This document shows positions 46,901 to 58,873 of a stretch of 64,000 nt of DNA, piece by piece. The stretch spans positions 372,001 to 436,000 of the forward strand of contig NW_013657671.1 of assembly GCF_000142905.1 (NCBI RefSeq), read 5' to 3'. Under the pieces are notes generated by a model. That model saw only the letters and a list, made by a program, of their open reading frames with translations, was not told where the DNA came from and did no database searches. This DNA is from Thecamonas trahens ATCC 50062 (taxonomy: Eukaryota > Protista > Apusomonadida). A program made the translations under genes and the position numbers. How positions within the stretch are numbered: position 1 is the first letter of the stretch; every line of letters starts with the position of its first letter.

Positions 46901-49900
46901 CTCGGACAACGTGCCGCCGACCGAGAAGATCGAGATCAACTGCTACAACTGGCAGACAGTCAAGGAGGGCCCACGCGCTGGCTCCATTGAGCCTGTACTC
47001 TTTGGCCACGCCTTTGTGGCGCTACAGCAGCTGAAGCGCAACACGGTCAACGATATCTGGGTTCCTGTTATGACCCCGATGCGCGGCTCGTCATCATCGT
47101 CGGGCGTTCGCGGTGAGGTCCGGCTGCAGATCACGTTTCCGCGGACAGCCTCGCTCTCGGCCGCGCTCACATCGGGTGGCTCGGGCGACAATATGTTTGC
47201 GACTAACAAGACTCATGTGCTCTCTGCGTCGTCGCACGATCTGGTGGCGGCACGAATCCAAGCCCAGGTCCTGATGCGCGATGGCGCAGCGCCGCAGCGG
47301 CGAAGTGACGGCGGCTCGGGCACCGAGTCGGGCTTCCAGCCACCGACACGAGTGGCGTTCAAGTCTGTGCCGAACTTTAACAGGCTCGGCCGGCGAAAGG
47401 GAAGCAAGGCACTTGCCCGCGAGGAGGAGCAGCGGCAGCAGATCCTTCTCAAGCAGCAGGAGGAGCGCAAGCGCCAGGCCACCAAAGCTCGCGCCAAGCG
47501 CATGGCGGCGGTCCTGGTTATGCAGGCGCACTTGCGCGGCATGGCTGCGCGGAGCAAGATGTATGCGCTCGGCAGCCGCGAGACCAACCGCTCCGAATCT
47601 AGCGAGTGGTCGGGCGAGTGGTCGTACGAGGAGGTCTCTATTGACAATTGGACGCCGATGGCCGAACTCTCGGACTCGGCCTCGCTCTCGTCGTCGTCGT
47701 TTTTGTCAGACGCACCGGTTGCAGGCGCGGACTTGTCGGGCTCGTACTCGGAAAGTGGAAGCGCCAGCGGAAGCGCCAGCGGAAGCGCCAGCGAGAGCAA
47801 GGGCGAGAGTCAGAGCGGATCCGAGGCTGCCTCGGCACTAGGCTCCAAGTCTGCCGTGCTTCCGAGCCGACCTGGCGCACCCGCACCACATGCAGTCTCA
47901 CCGCTTGATGCTGAGGAGGCTGCGGCGACTCGGATTCAGGCGTCGTGGAGGGGCCACCGCGGGCGGAAACAAGCGCGGGCGCGACGGCTAGTTGGAGGCG
48001 GCAAGCAGAGCGCGGGCACAGGCTCAAACGCGGGTTCGGGCCTCCGCCTCGACGTCGGCGCGGGCAATGCGTCGGCCGAAGAGCAGGCTGCGGCACTGGC
48101 CATCCAGGCGCGGTATCGCGGGTTTAAGGCGCGGCAGCGGACACGCGCGGCGCGACTCGATGTTCCTGTCGACGGATTTGGACCGGTGTCTGCGCCAGGG
48201 AGTGGACTCATCTGTGCTGTCGTTGTCTCGTATCCGCCGCTGCCGGCGGAGCAGCTCGTCGAATACGCATCGTTTGCCGTTGAGTACGAGCGCATTGTCC
48301 GTCACGCGCTCGCGCTGCACGTCCCTGGCTTCCTGGTCACCGACTGGAACGAGGCCGTGGGCCTCTTTGCTTCGCCATGGGCCGGCGTTGCGGCTGGTGC
48401 CGAAATTGCTGCGCAGCTCCGCGAGGCGTCGATTGATCTCGAGCTCATCGAGCCATTGATGGCGAGCGTAGGCGTGTATTGGGGCGACAAGGCGTTTTTC
48501 GCCGACACCACGCTTCCAGGAGTCACACGGTTTTTCGGCCGTGGCCCACTTGTGCACGGACCCGGCATGGTTGCGGCGAGGCAGCTGGCCGGCGTGGCAG
48601 AGCTTGGGCAAGTTGTTGTGTCAGGCAGCGTCGTTGCAGCGTACCGCGACGCGATCGACCGTCAGCCGACAGCAGAGCTCGCGCGCGAGCACCCGTTCCT
48701 GGCGACGAGTCCCGAATTTGAGGAGAAGCAGTCTGCGCTGCTGGGTGCCGAGAGCGCGAGCTATGGCGTTCTGCTCTCGATTCCGGACAAGGTGCGACCC
48801 GAGACCCAGCTGGGCATTCCACAGTCACCGGCGCCGAGCTCGGGGACGGGCGAGCTCGCGAGCTTGCGGATGGTGAGCTCACGATGGGTTGCGGCGGGAT
48901 CGGACGCTCGCGAGCGGGCCCGGGCCAAAGCGCGGTGGGCGGCGACACCGTTTGTGTGTGAGGAGACGTTTGCAGTTTGTGTCGGCGTCGACACAGACAA
49001 GCTGGTGAGCTCTGCGTCGCCGACAGTGGCCAGTGATGCGTGGCATGTGCTCTCGTCACAGGTCCAGTCGACGCTCGTGGCTGCCGGCGGGTCGCTCATC
49101 CGGCCGACGACGGCGGTGTTTGCTACTGCCGAGGCCGCAGTCTCTGCAGGCTGGCAAGTCGGTCATTTGTTTGATGAGATGGTGCGCGCGATTGAGTTGC
49201 ATGGTGCAGGCGAGGCGAGCCCAGGCGCCGAGACGAGCGACTCGAGCTCTGCGCTCCAGCGGATGCACGACTCGCTAGCGAGAGCAGTGAGCAAGGCGAA
49301 CACGATGTCAGCGCGGTCAGGTGCCGGGGCCAAGGCGCTGCTCGACGCGACATGCGCGGTGGGTGTGGTTTCTGGCTCGACGGTGAGGGCGGCGTCGGCC
49401 GGTCTTGTGTGGGGTCCGGCAGTATGGATGGCGTGTGCAGTGGCGCATCACCACCCGCGCAAGGAGATCAGGGATCGGATCGAGTGGCAAGTACCTGTTG
49501 TGCTCGGCGCTCAAGTCGCCGCGAGAGTGGGCAAGGCCGCCACCGACGCGCTCTCTGTCTTTGCTCCGCTGGCACTCGTCGAGGATACGCTGCTCGGTGG
49601 AGTGGTTCACACCACGGTTGTACCGGAAGAGGTGTCGCTTGTGGCAATGGACCCAGCACTAGGCAGCGGAACAGGCGAGGTGAATCTGCAAGTTGCACTT
49701 GTCAATGGCTCACTCAAGGGAGCCAAGGAAGAAGTTGTGCAGATGGGCAACGCAGTTTTTCTGGCCTCACCGCACACGGTCGTCTTTGCCGTCTTACACT
49801 CTGACGCACGGCTGGGCAACAAGTCCCGGGTGGTTCTGCACGCGGCGCAGGTGGTCAAGATGCGTGAAATTCTCGGCCCGGTGTGGGCAGCCTACGACTC

Positions 49901-52900
49901 GACGGCTGCGCTTGAGAACGAGCGGCTTTCGATGGCGGTGTTCTCGTCGCCTCCGCTGGCGCTTGCCGCAGCGCTGGAGGCGTCCAAGCTGGTCTCGCAG
50001 TTCAACCTCAAGACCCGTAAGGCGGACGACTTTGAGCTTGTGGTCGGCATTGGGGTTGCCGCGGGCGAGGGGTTGGTCTGCTCGTTTGACGAGGTGCTAG
50101 TCGCGGGAACACCCGCCGCGTGTGCATCGCTCCTGGCCGGTGCGTCCAACGGCGAAGTACTTGTGGCCGGCAACGTGCCGGGACTTGTGGCCAAGGCACT
50201 GCCACGGATCACATTCCGCGAGCAGCAGCGAGTAATCCAGGCCTCGACCGGGCGCGTGATGGCAAATAGCGATGCGACCAGCGTGGCTGCCAACGATGCG
50301 ATTGCCATGTTCGCGGCTACGGGAACACTCAAGCGGTACCGGACGTCGCTCGGCGGACCGGTGGCAGGGCGGTCGAGCTCACTGACGGCGGTGGCGGTCC
50401 GCGGCGGCAAGCCGTACCTCGAGCTCGTTGAGGTTGTGAGCAGGCGGATGCCGACGCCCAAGTCGGGAGCACCGACAGCCGACGAGGTGCGTGGGGTGGA
50501 GAAGAACGTGTGGGGGACGTACGGCTGCAAGGCGGTGTTTGTTGCGGTGGCGCTGTCGATGCCCGCCGCGTTCCACGGACGTGACCGCGTGCGGGCCCGG
50601 TTCCAGGTAATGGATAGCGTGAGCGGCGTTGAGGCGGCGGGCGAAGCAATCGGCGTGCTTGCCGGCGGCGGACCACACTCGCGGAGCGCGGGCCCTGTCT
50701 TTGTCTTTGGCGATGAGAGGGTTGCGCTCCGTTTCGCGGTTGGCGCCGCAGAAGTGCTGCGCCGGGCTTCGATTCCGTGCGATGGCCAAGTCGGCTCGGT
50801 CGTGGTCAGCTCCGGACGAGTGCTGGAGGTGCCGTCTCCGGTGGATCCGTCCCTGCGCGAGTGGATTGGCGAGCCACTGCAGGTTGTGCGCGAGCTTGCA
50901 GGCGACTGTGTCGCGCGCAACCGTGTCGGGGTGTGGTTGACACCCGAGGTTGCGGCTGCGTTGATGCCCGAGGGCGCTTCTGGCGCCGACGGCGTGTTCA
51001 TTTCGCTTGTGGCGGCTGAGGGCGGCGAGGCGTCGGGTGTCGAGGTGGTTCGTCTGGAGGCTGGCGAGAAGGTCATGGTTCTGCAGCGTGAATTATCGCT
51101 GGTGAGCGTGGTAGCAGATGCGGACAGTATGGCCGAGCGCGGTGGAGCGTCTGTGACGCTGGGGCGAACGCCGTCGACTGGGCTGGAGGGCAATGGTAGT
51201 GATGGCGACGACAGCGACGGTGACGACCACGAGCTCAAGACCGTGCTTGTGCTGGATATGACCGGGTTCATGGAGTATGAGGAGCGGGCGGCCGGTGGCG
51301 TACTGGGCTTTGCGGCGCGCATCGTGCAGATGCGGTGGCTGGTGCAGCCGTTGCTGACGTTGTACGGAGCCGAGCTTGTTGTTGCGGACGAGGACAACGT
51401 GTTTGCAGTGTTTGGCGAGTCGCATCGGGCTGTGGCGGCTGCGTTGGAGATTGTGCGTCTGGTGGCGATGTTCAACGCGCAAGAGGGCGTGGCGAGCGAC
51501 CCGAGCCGGAAGGCACAGTTCAAGGGCATCGGCGTGGCCAGCGGCGAGGCTGTGGTTTACGATGAGTTCCGGTCCCGGCTTTACGGAAGGGCCGCCGAGG
51601 TGGCGTTCCACCTTGCGGAGCGGGTGGCACACAACGGAGCAGTACTGCTCACAGCCGAGGTCCAGAGCGTTGTACAGAGCGCGACCGCGCTTGGCAAGGT
51701 CAACTACCTGGCGCAGACGACGGCGTACGACGGTGCAGCGCTCAAGTACTTTGTGGCCAAGGGCGGGCTGCTCAAGTACTCGGGCTCACTGAGCAAGGCG
51801 CTTGGAAGCGGGAGCGACGTAGCGGGCTCGTTTGCCGAGTATGTTGCAGCGCGGAGCAAGGCCGGATCAAGTGATGCACGCGCGGGTCTGGATGCTAGAG
51901 CGCGGGCTACGTTTGTGCGACGTGGGTGCGTGCTCGCACTGTCGATGGACCGGCCAGCGCTTGTGAGCTCCAAGGGCGTGTTTCGGTCGATTCGTGAGCT
52001 GCACGAGGTGTCTGTGGCGCTGGCGGCGATTGCGAGCAAGGTGGAGGCGGGCGTTCATCATGTGGCGCAGTTCCTTTGGCTGTTTGAGAGCCCGGCCAGC
52101 GCGGCAAGTGCTGCACTTGCGATGCACAAGAAGCTGGATAACGAGTTGTGCTCGGCACATGGGATTCGTGTCCGCGGCATAGGCATCGACGCAGGTGAGG
52201 TCCTGTTGTCTGTGAACGACGGCATGGCGTGGTCGCGTACGGTGAACGTGGCGCGCAAACTCGCGCGCGAAGCGTGCGCCGGGCTGGACGCTTGTCTGGC
52301 GGTGACGCGTGGCGCATTCGAGGCGGCACGAACGACGTTTGGCGATGTTGCCCTCGTCGAGGCACCAGTGACGGTTCTCGGGGAGGAGATGGAGGTTTTC
52401 TACCTTCGGAGCGCCCAGGCTTCGGCTGCGGCTGGGATTGAGTCGGTGGTGAGCGGAAGCAACGACGGGTTTGGCGTTGTAGCTGTGGACCTCGGCCTGC
52501 TATGCGAAGGTGGGAAGCTCGACGTGGCGCATGCGGTCTCTGTGCTTGCGATGGCACAGGAGTCTGTGGCGCGGGTGGCGAATGCGTACCAGACTCGCGC
52601 CGACTGGTGTGGATCGCGGGGCGTGGTGGTTGTGCCCGCGGCCGACGGCGAGCTGTACGACCAGACGTGCGTGGCGGTGGCGTGCGAGATTGTGCGTGCG
52701 CTTGAGGCTGTGAGCGAGCATGTGAACAAGCCATCGCTTCTGGTGCGCGGGGCCGGCGTGGGTGCTGTTGTTTCGCCAAACATGGTGTGGGTCCATGGCA
52801 GCGCTGGCGGCGGGGCTGTAGAGCGCGCGTGGCGACTCGGTCGCCTCGCGTCGCAGACCGGCGGCGGAGTGGCTGTGGATGCGGCGTTGGCGGCCATGGT

Positions 52901-53528
52901 CGAGCGCGAAAGCAAGCTCTCGACATCCGGGTTTGGCGAGCTTCAGCTGGCGCCGATGGGCGACGACGCAGTCCGAGTCTCGGGCGTGCTCGACCAGTAC
53001 CGGGCGGGGCTCCCCGAAGAGGCACTGTTTGCCGGATATGCAGGTGATGTGGGGGCGCTGCGGGAGCTCTCGCTGCGGGATCTCGCGCTGCTGCGGTACC
53101 GCAAGGGCGTCGATGTCCGGGCGCTCGACCGGGTCATCCGGGCTGGGTTTGTGGCGTCGGGCGTGATTGTGGACGCGGTCGCTGCTGTGGGGAGCGACGA
53201 TGGTTCAGCCGGGGAGGTCTCGCGACTTCGGGCGTGGGAGGAGGACGTGTTGACGCGGACGCCATCGCGGAAGGGCGAGCGGCTTGTGGTGAGCGGACCA
53301 GGCAAGGCGCTGTGGATCACTCACACTGAAGATGCCGGACACGAGCTCCTCGCACGTCTGGAGACACGAGTCTCGATGTATGACGGGCACGGCCCGCAGT
53401 TTGATCTCGGTCCGTTTGAGCGTGTATCGTCGCCGATTGTGATGGCAACGAAGCGCGGGGTTGCGGTTGGCGTGTGGCGCGGCTCTGTCGTGGTCGGCGA
53501 TGGCCTTTGTCTCGTCCGCGAGCGCTGA
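43911..53528 (+). CDS. Giant TPR-C2-C2-IQx3 protein with about eight tandem class III nucleotidyl-cyclase-like domains; exons 43911-43919 and 44035-53528; frameshift near 44509-44537
   Basis: Intron GTACGG...CTAAAC...CAG. TPR 'AIALYNIGVEYEYLG'; C2 'KGTLDPMW..IEVVDWD' and 'KTVAPTWN'; IQ 'IQASWRGHRGR' and 'IQARYRGFKAR'; cyclase 'VLVLDMTGF..DEDNVFAVF..GIGVASGE..LYGRAAEVAFHLAE'. Confidence 0.8.
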
Positions 53529-53619
53529 ATGAAGACGTGTACTTGTGGAAAAGTCACTACTTGTCTCGGGCTAGAAGCGCAGGGCAGCCGTCATAAAGAC
53601 ATAGTACAAACAAGACAGT

Positions 53620-54617
53620 ATGGCTAGCGCAGCAGAGCAAAAGGCGTTTGCCCAGCTTGTGCTTGCCCTCTCCAACGTGGTCCTCACCAATGTCAAGTCA
53701 CGCGGCTCGGTCGACGTCGACGCAGTGGCCGGCACTCTCCGCGACAGGTTCTACAGCGACATGCCGAGAGAAGGTACGAGGAGAGGAGGAGGAAGGGTTG
53801 AAGGGAGGGATGGGCGGGAGAGGGAGGGGGAGGGGGAGGGAGGGTGTGTGTGTGGACGGGGTGGAGGGGGTGGAGGGGGTGGCGGGGGTGGCGGGGGAGG
53901 GAGCGACGGACAGGGGTCATTTCTGGTGCATGCATGTGGCGCGCGGCTATGAGTGATGGCCAGGGATGAGTTAGAGGAGATGGGGAGGGTGAGGGACTGA
54001 TGGGAATGCCTGTATGGGGATGGATAGAGTTTGTGGCGATGCGCGAGTCTGTGCTGGCGGTCTTGCGGCAAGGCGTGGCGGAGATCTGGTCGGTGACGCA
54101 GCTGGAGGAGGCGCTGGCACCGATGGATATGCCGGCATATCAGAAGAAGCTGTTTCTGAGAGTGTGGCATCGTCAGCAGGAAAAGATCCGGTTGGTTGTC
54201 TCCGAGGCGTCGCGGTTCGGTAACTCGCTGCTGGACATGTCGTGGCGCGTGGACGCGCTGTCGGCGTCCAAGGCGCGCGAGTCGCTCTCGGGTGCGACGT
54301 GCATTGTCGAACTTCTGGTCTCGAACGAGAACAAGGCGGCCGAGGCGCGGCGGGCGGCGGCGGCGGCAGCGATCATCCGCGCACGGTCGGACCAGTCTGT
54401 CGACGCCAAGGACGTGCCACCGCTCTCGGTCGCGGCCACCCACGACGTCGTCACGTTTGAGATGGACCAAGCGCAGCTGGAGCAGACCCTCCTTCAAGTC
54501 CGTGCCATCAAGTCGTTCATCTCATCTCAGACTGCTGGTGGGAGCGCTGCCAGCGCGCCCGATGCTGGGACCAGCGCCGAGCCGGACGTCGATGCTGGTG
54601 CCGCCGACGACGAGTAG
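53620..54617 (+). CDS. COMMD1: COMM domain protein, COMMD1-like; exons 53620-53773 and 54028-54617
   Basis: 'FYSDMPREEF', 'W..QQEKIR', COMM domain 'LLDMSWRVD..CIVEL..VTFEMD..L..I'. Intron GTACGA...TAG in frame. Confidence 0.78.
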
Positions 54618-54875
54618 CAAGCAGTGAGTACATGAATCGCAGGCACAGATGACCCGTAGACGACGATCGACGATGCTCAGCAGTGTGTATGTAGGGCGAA
54701 TGCGGCATGTGTCTTTAGACGCGGGTGTCAGCATCGTTGCATGAGGTGCTTTACCGGTTTGGCGCGCACGCCACGGCCGCCGCACCTACACCACCTCCTC
54801 GCCGCCCTCTTCTCGCCCCTCCCGCCCAACACCCATCTCCAGGGCCCGTGCCCGACTTCCACCAAGCCGACAAGG

Positions 54876-56108
54876 ATGGAGTACACGGTGGACGCTGTGG
54901 TGTGCGCGCGGTGGGTGGCGACGACGGGCGGTGTGGTGGAGGACACTGCCGTAGTGGTCTCTGGTGGCCAGGTGGTTGACCTGCTGCCGGCTGCCACCGC
55001 TCGCCGGTCGTACCTCGCCAACGAGGTCATCGAACTCCCGGACTCGCTGCTGACGGCAGCATTTGTGGATGCCGGCGCAAATGCCATCGGTCCATCGTCG
55101 GGTCACGCACGGCTGTCGGCGGCGCTCGCGGTCATGGCTGGAACGACTACCCTTGCCTCGGCCTGCCCCGTGGCCATGCCGGGCGCTGGAGCTCCCGGAG
55201 CACTGGCGGCGGCAGCTGCCACCGAGGGCATTGCTCTTGGCGTGCGGGTCATTCTCGGCCACGAGGTCACGCTTACCGCAACCACGCCTGTCGGCGATGC
55301 ACTCGCCGCCGCCACCCATGCCGATCTGGAGGCGGACGCTGTGGCAGGGCACATGTTTGTGCTCGCACAGGACGCGCTCTCCGCTTCGCCGCTGCTGCTG
55401 CAGGTCGGTGTCCTTGCCAAGCGCATGGGCGCCAGGGTCAAGCTAGTCCTGACGCGGCCCGGTGTTGGTAGCAGCGAGATGCATGCTCTCGAGGCCGCAG
55501 GCCTACTCGGCCCGAGCTTGCTCGTTGTCAATCCGTCGCTGCTCGACGACGACGCACTGACTGCGGCCGTCGATGCGCGGGTTGCACTGGTCTACGATCC
55601 TGCCGCAGAGGCTGCGCTCTCGTCGACGCGCTTTCCGCTGGCAGAGGTGCTGGCACAGAGCGGACGTGTGGCGCTCACCGCTGGCCCTGGGCGTGACATG
55701 CTTGGAGCTGTCCGGCTCGCCGCCCGCCTGAACCCTGGACTGGCGCTTGGCGACATGCTGGCGTTGGGTTGCGCTGGCGGCGCGGACGCGCTCGGAGTCA
55801 GCAGCGGGCTCGGCGTGCTCGCACGCGGCATGCAAGCCGACTGCGTTGCATGGCGCATTCCGGCGGCGGCGCTTGTCCTCGCTGACGACGACCCACTGCG
55901 GGCGCTCGTCTCGAGTCCGCGTCACCTCATCGGCGTCGCCGGGGTGTGGTCGTCAGGCATTGCCCGGCTCGATTTGGCCAAGGAGGCGCTTACCAGCGCT
56001 GCTGCCACCATTTCAGCTCTCGATGACAACTCCGGTGCGAGCGAAGCCACTGATGCACCAGCCTCCAACGTCGACTACGCAGGCATACTCGCGCAGTATC
56101 TCGAGTAG
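54876..56108 (+). CDS. Amidohydrolase-superfamily (TRZ/ATZ, MTA/SAH deaminase-like) protein, apparently inactive
   Basis: N-terminal 'ARWV..VVEDTAVVVSGGQVVDLLP..AR..Y...IELPD.LL..FVD', 'LEAAGLLGP', 'GGADALG..LGVLARGMQAD'. The HxH motif is replaced by 'DAGAN'. Confidence 0.75.
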   Translation: MEYTVDAVVCARWVATTGGVVEDTAVVVSGGQVVDLLPAATARRSYLANEVIELPDSLLTAAFVDAGANAIGPSSGHARLSAALAVMAGTTTLASACPVAMPGAGAPGALAAAAATEGIALGVRVILGHEVTLTATTPVGDALAAATHADLEADAVAGHMFVLAQDALSASPLLLQVGVLAKRMGARVKLVLTRPGVGSSEMHALEAAGLLGPSLLVVNPSLLDDDALTAAVDARVALVYDPAAEAALSSTRFPLAEVLAQSGRVALTAGPGRDMLGAVRLAARLNPGLALGDMLALGCAGGADALGVSSGLGVLARGMQADCVAWRIPAAALVLADDDPLRALVSSPRHLIGVAGVWSSGIARLDLAKEALTSAAATISALDDNSGASEATDAPASNVDYAGILAQYLE

Positions 56109-56307
56109 GAAGGAGACCATGGATGGCGGGGGGAGGTGGGCGTGAACAAAATTTGGTGCGGAGACCGAAAAAAAATGCTCTGCGACCGGAGCCTCCGAAA
56201 CAGTAGCAGCGTAGCCAAGCATTGATTGAATCGATTGATGGTCAGTTGCCGTTAACCGGTGGCAGAGCGACGGCGAGTCTTTGGCCACCCAACTCTCAAG
56301 TCACATC

Positions 56308-58664
56308 ATGGCCGCCAAGCCGACTGTTGCCGACTACCGCGCCATTGCGCGTGGTTTCCCCTCTTTTAACACCCGTGAGGTCAACGACCTCATCCGCCAG
56401 TTCCAGCGTACGTGCCGCAATTCCGCGCTCCCTTCCCCCGCAATCCGCCCCCGGTGACGCTCTCTGTCGTATCCCCCGCCGCCGAGCCACGTTGCCGTTT
56501 TCTTGCGAACAATGCCCAGGCGGCGAAAACACAGGTTTTCTTGCGAATGTCCGTCGGCGGTGGCTACGGCAGGTTAGCCATGGCCAGCCGGCGGGCATGC
56601 CTGAGCAAACAAGGGCGTGCAGGAAGGGGGGAAGGGGGGAAGAGGAGGGGGGGGCGGGGGAGGGAGAGGAGCGAGACGACGACGACGGAAGGGAGGNNNN
56701 NNNNNNNNNNNNNNNNNNNNNNNNNNNNNNNNNNNNNNNNNNNNNNNNNNNNNNNNNNNNNNNNNNNNNNNNNNNNNNNNNNNNNNNNNNNNNNNNCCCC
56801 CCCCCCCCCCCCTTCCGATCATGATCAAATCATATGTTGGGCGATACAAACTGCGACCTTTTCTCAGCCTCACCCTCACTCTCACCCGCCCGCAGTGTTC
56901 GATGACGACGGCAATGGATCGATCGACACCAACGAGCTCCGTCAGGTGATGGTCAACATGGAGATGGATGTGGATGAGAAGCAGCTGCAGGAGATCATTG
57001 CCGAGGTGGACGAGGACAACTCGGGGACGATCGAGTTTGCCGAGTTTATGGTGCTGATGAAGAACGCCAAGACGTCCGGGTCGAAGATGGCTGCGGTGGT
57101 GGAGAAGGCCGGAGACATGTACAAGGTGCAGGGTGCAACCGACTCGTCGGCACACTCGTTCTCGGAGGAGGAGAAGACCTCGTTCTCTGACTACATCAAC
57201 ATGGCGCTGGCGCACGACTCGGACCTCGCGCACCTGCTCCCGATCGACGCGGCGTCGATGGACCTGTTCGAGGTGGTCAAGGATGGCATTTTGCTGTGCA
57301 AGCTGATCAACGAGGCCGTGCCCGGGACGATTGACGAGCGCGCCATCAACAAGAAGCCCAAGAACGCGTTCTCGCGGGCAGAAAACCTCAACATGGCGGT
57401 GGCGTCTGCGGCAGCCATCGGCGTCAACGTGGTCAACCTCGGGCAGGACGACCTGACCTCGGGCAAGCACCACATTGTGCTCGGTCTCATCTGGCAGCTC
57501 ATCCGGATTGGGCTCATGCGCGCGATTAACCTCGAGGCGCACCCCGAGCTGTACCGGCTGCTCGAGGAGGGCGAGTCGATCGAGGACCTCATGCGGCTGC
57601 CTGCCGACCAGATTCTTCTTCGGTGGCTCAACTACCATCTGGCGGCTGCCGGCTCGCCGCGTCGGGCGACCAACTTTGGCAAGGACCTGTCTGACTCGGA
57701 GATCCTGACTACGGTGCTTGCGCAGGTCGGCCCGCCGTGTGACATGTCGCCGATGAACGAGAGTGACAAGCTCCGCCGCGCCGACGCCATGCTTGCCGAG
57801 GCCGACAAGATCGAGTGCCGCAAGTTTGTGACGCCCAACGACGTGACGTCGGGCAACTCGAAGCTCAACCTGCTGTTTGTGGCGAACCTGTTCAACACTC
57901 ACCCCGGCCTCGCCGAGCTCACCGAGGAGGAGGCGCAGGAGATCGACATGGACTTTGACCTCGAGGGTGACCGCGAGGCTCGCGTCTTTGCGCTCTACCT
58001 CTCCTCGCTTGGCGTCCCTGTCACTAACCTGTACGAGGACCTTCGCGACGGCCTCGCCCTGCTCAAGGCCTTTGATGCCGTCGAGCCAGGCATCGTCAAC
58101 TGGAAGAAGGTGGCCACCAAGGTGCCCATCCGCCGCTTCTCGGCCATCGCCAACTGCAACTACGCTGTTGTTCTCGGCAAGTCGCTTCACTTTTCTCTTG
58201 TCGGCGTCTCGGGCGACAACATCAACGAGGGCGACCGCACCCGCACCCTCGCCGTCGTCTGGCAGCTCTGCCGCTTCCACCTGCTCAAGGTTCTCCGTGA
58301 GCTCGGCGGCGGCGCCAAGATCGAGGACGCCGACATGATCAAGTGGGCCAACGATACCGTCGGCGGCGTCTCGACCATGCGCGACTTCCGCGACAAGTCG
58401 CTCTCCAACGCCGTCTTCTTCCTCGACCTCATCAACGCCATCAAGCCCGGCATCGTCGAGGCCGAGTACGTCATCCGCGACGCCTCGTCCGAGGAGGACA
58501 AGACCAACAATGCACGCTACGCCATCGCCCTTGCCCGTAAGCTCGGTGCCCTCATCTTCCTCCTTCCCGAGGACGTCGTCGAGGTCCGCCCCAAGCTCAT
58601 CCTCACCCTCGTCGGTACTCTCATGCAGGTTGCCAAGCGCGGCTCTGCCGGCCCGTCGGCCTAA
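56308..58664 (+). CDS. Fimbrin/plastin; exons 56308-56407 and 56896-58664
   Basis: Two EF-hands (DDDGNGSIDTNE, DEDNSGTIEFAE) and four CH domains ('KDGILLCKLIN..PGTIDERAIN', 'KLNLLFVANLFN'). Intron GTACGT...CAG spans the N-gap 56697-56796. Confidence 0.95.
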
Positions 58665-58873
58665 CTGGTCGGCTTCACCCATCGTCGCCCCTCCTCCCCT
58701 GTCCTGCCGGCTTTGCTCTGACTGGCACCTGGACCTATCATCGTGGTAAAACCAACCAACCGTCCCACTGTTCGCTCGCCACTGGTTTGCATTGCAAGCC
58801 GACAGCCTGCCTGGCGCTGTCACCGCCGTACCAGCAACAGCCCACCAACCACCCCACTCCCCCCGCCGCCACC

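Noticed and set aside
27288-54617. Functional endosomal cluster (MGRN1-like, PX protein, WASHC4, COMMD1)
   Set aside because: Genes are interspersed with unrelated ones on mixed strands; chance co-location is sufficient without synteny data.
56574-58823. 749-aa minus-strand ORF, and similar shadow ORFs such as 49892-51529, 34812-36137 and 23774-25156
   Set aside because: Antisense shadows of GC3-rich genes with no recognisable motifs.
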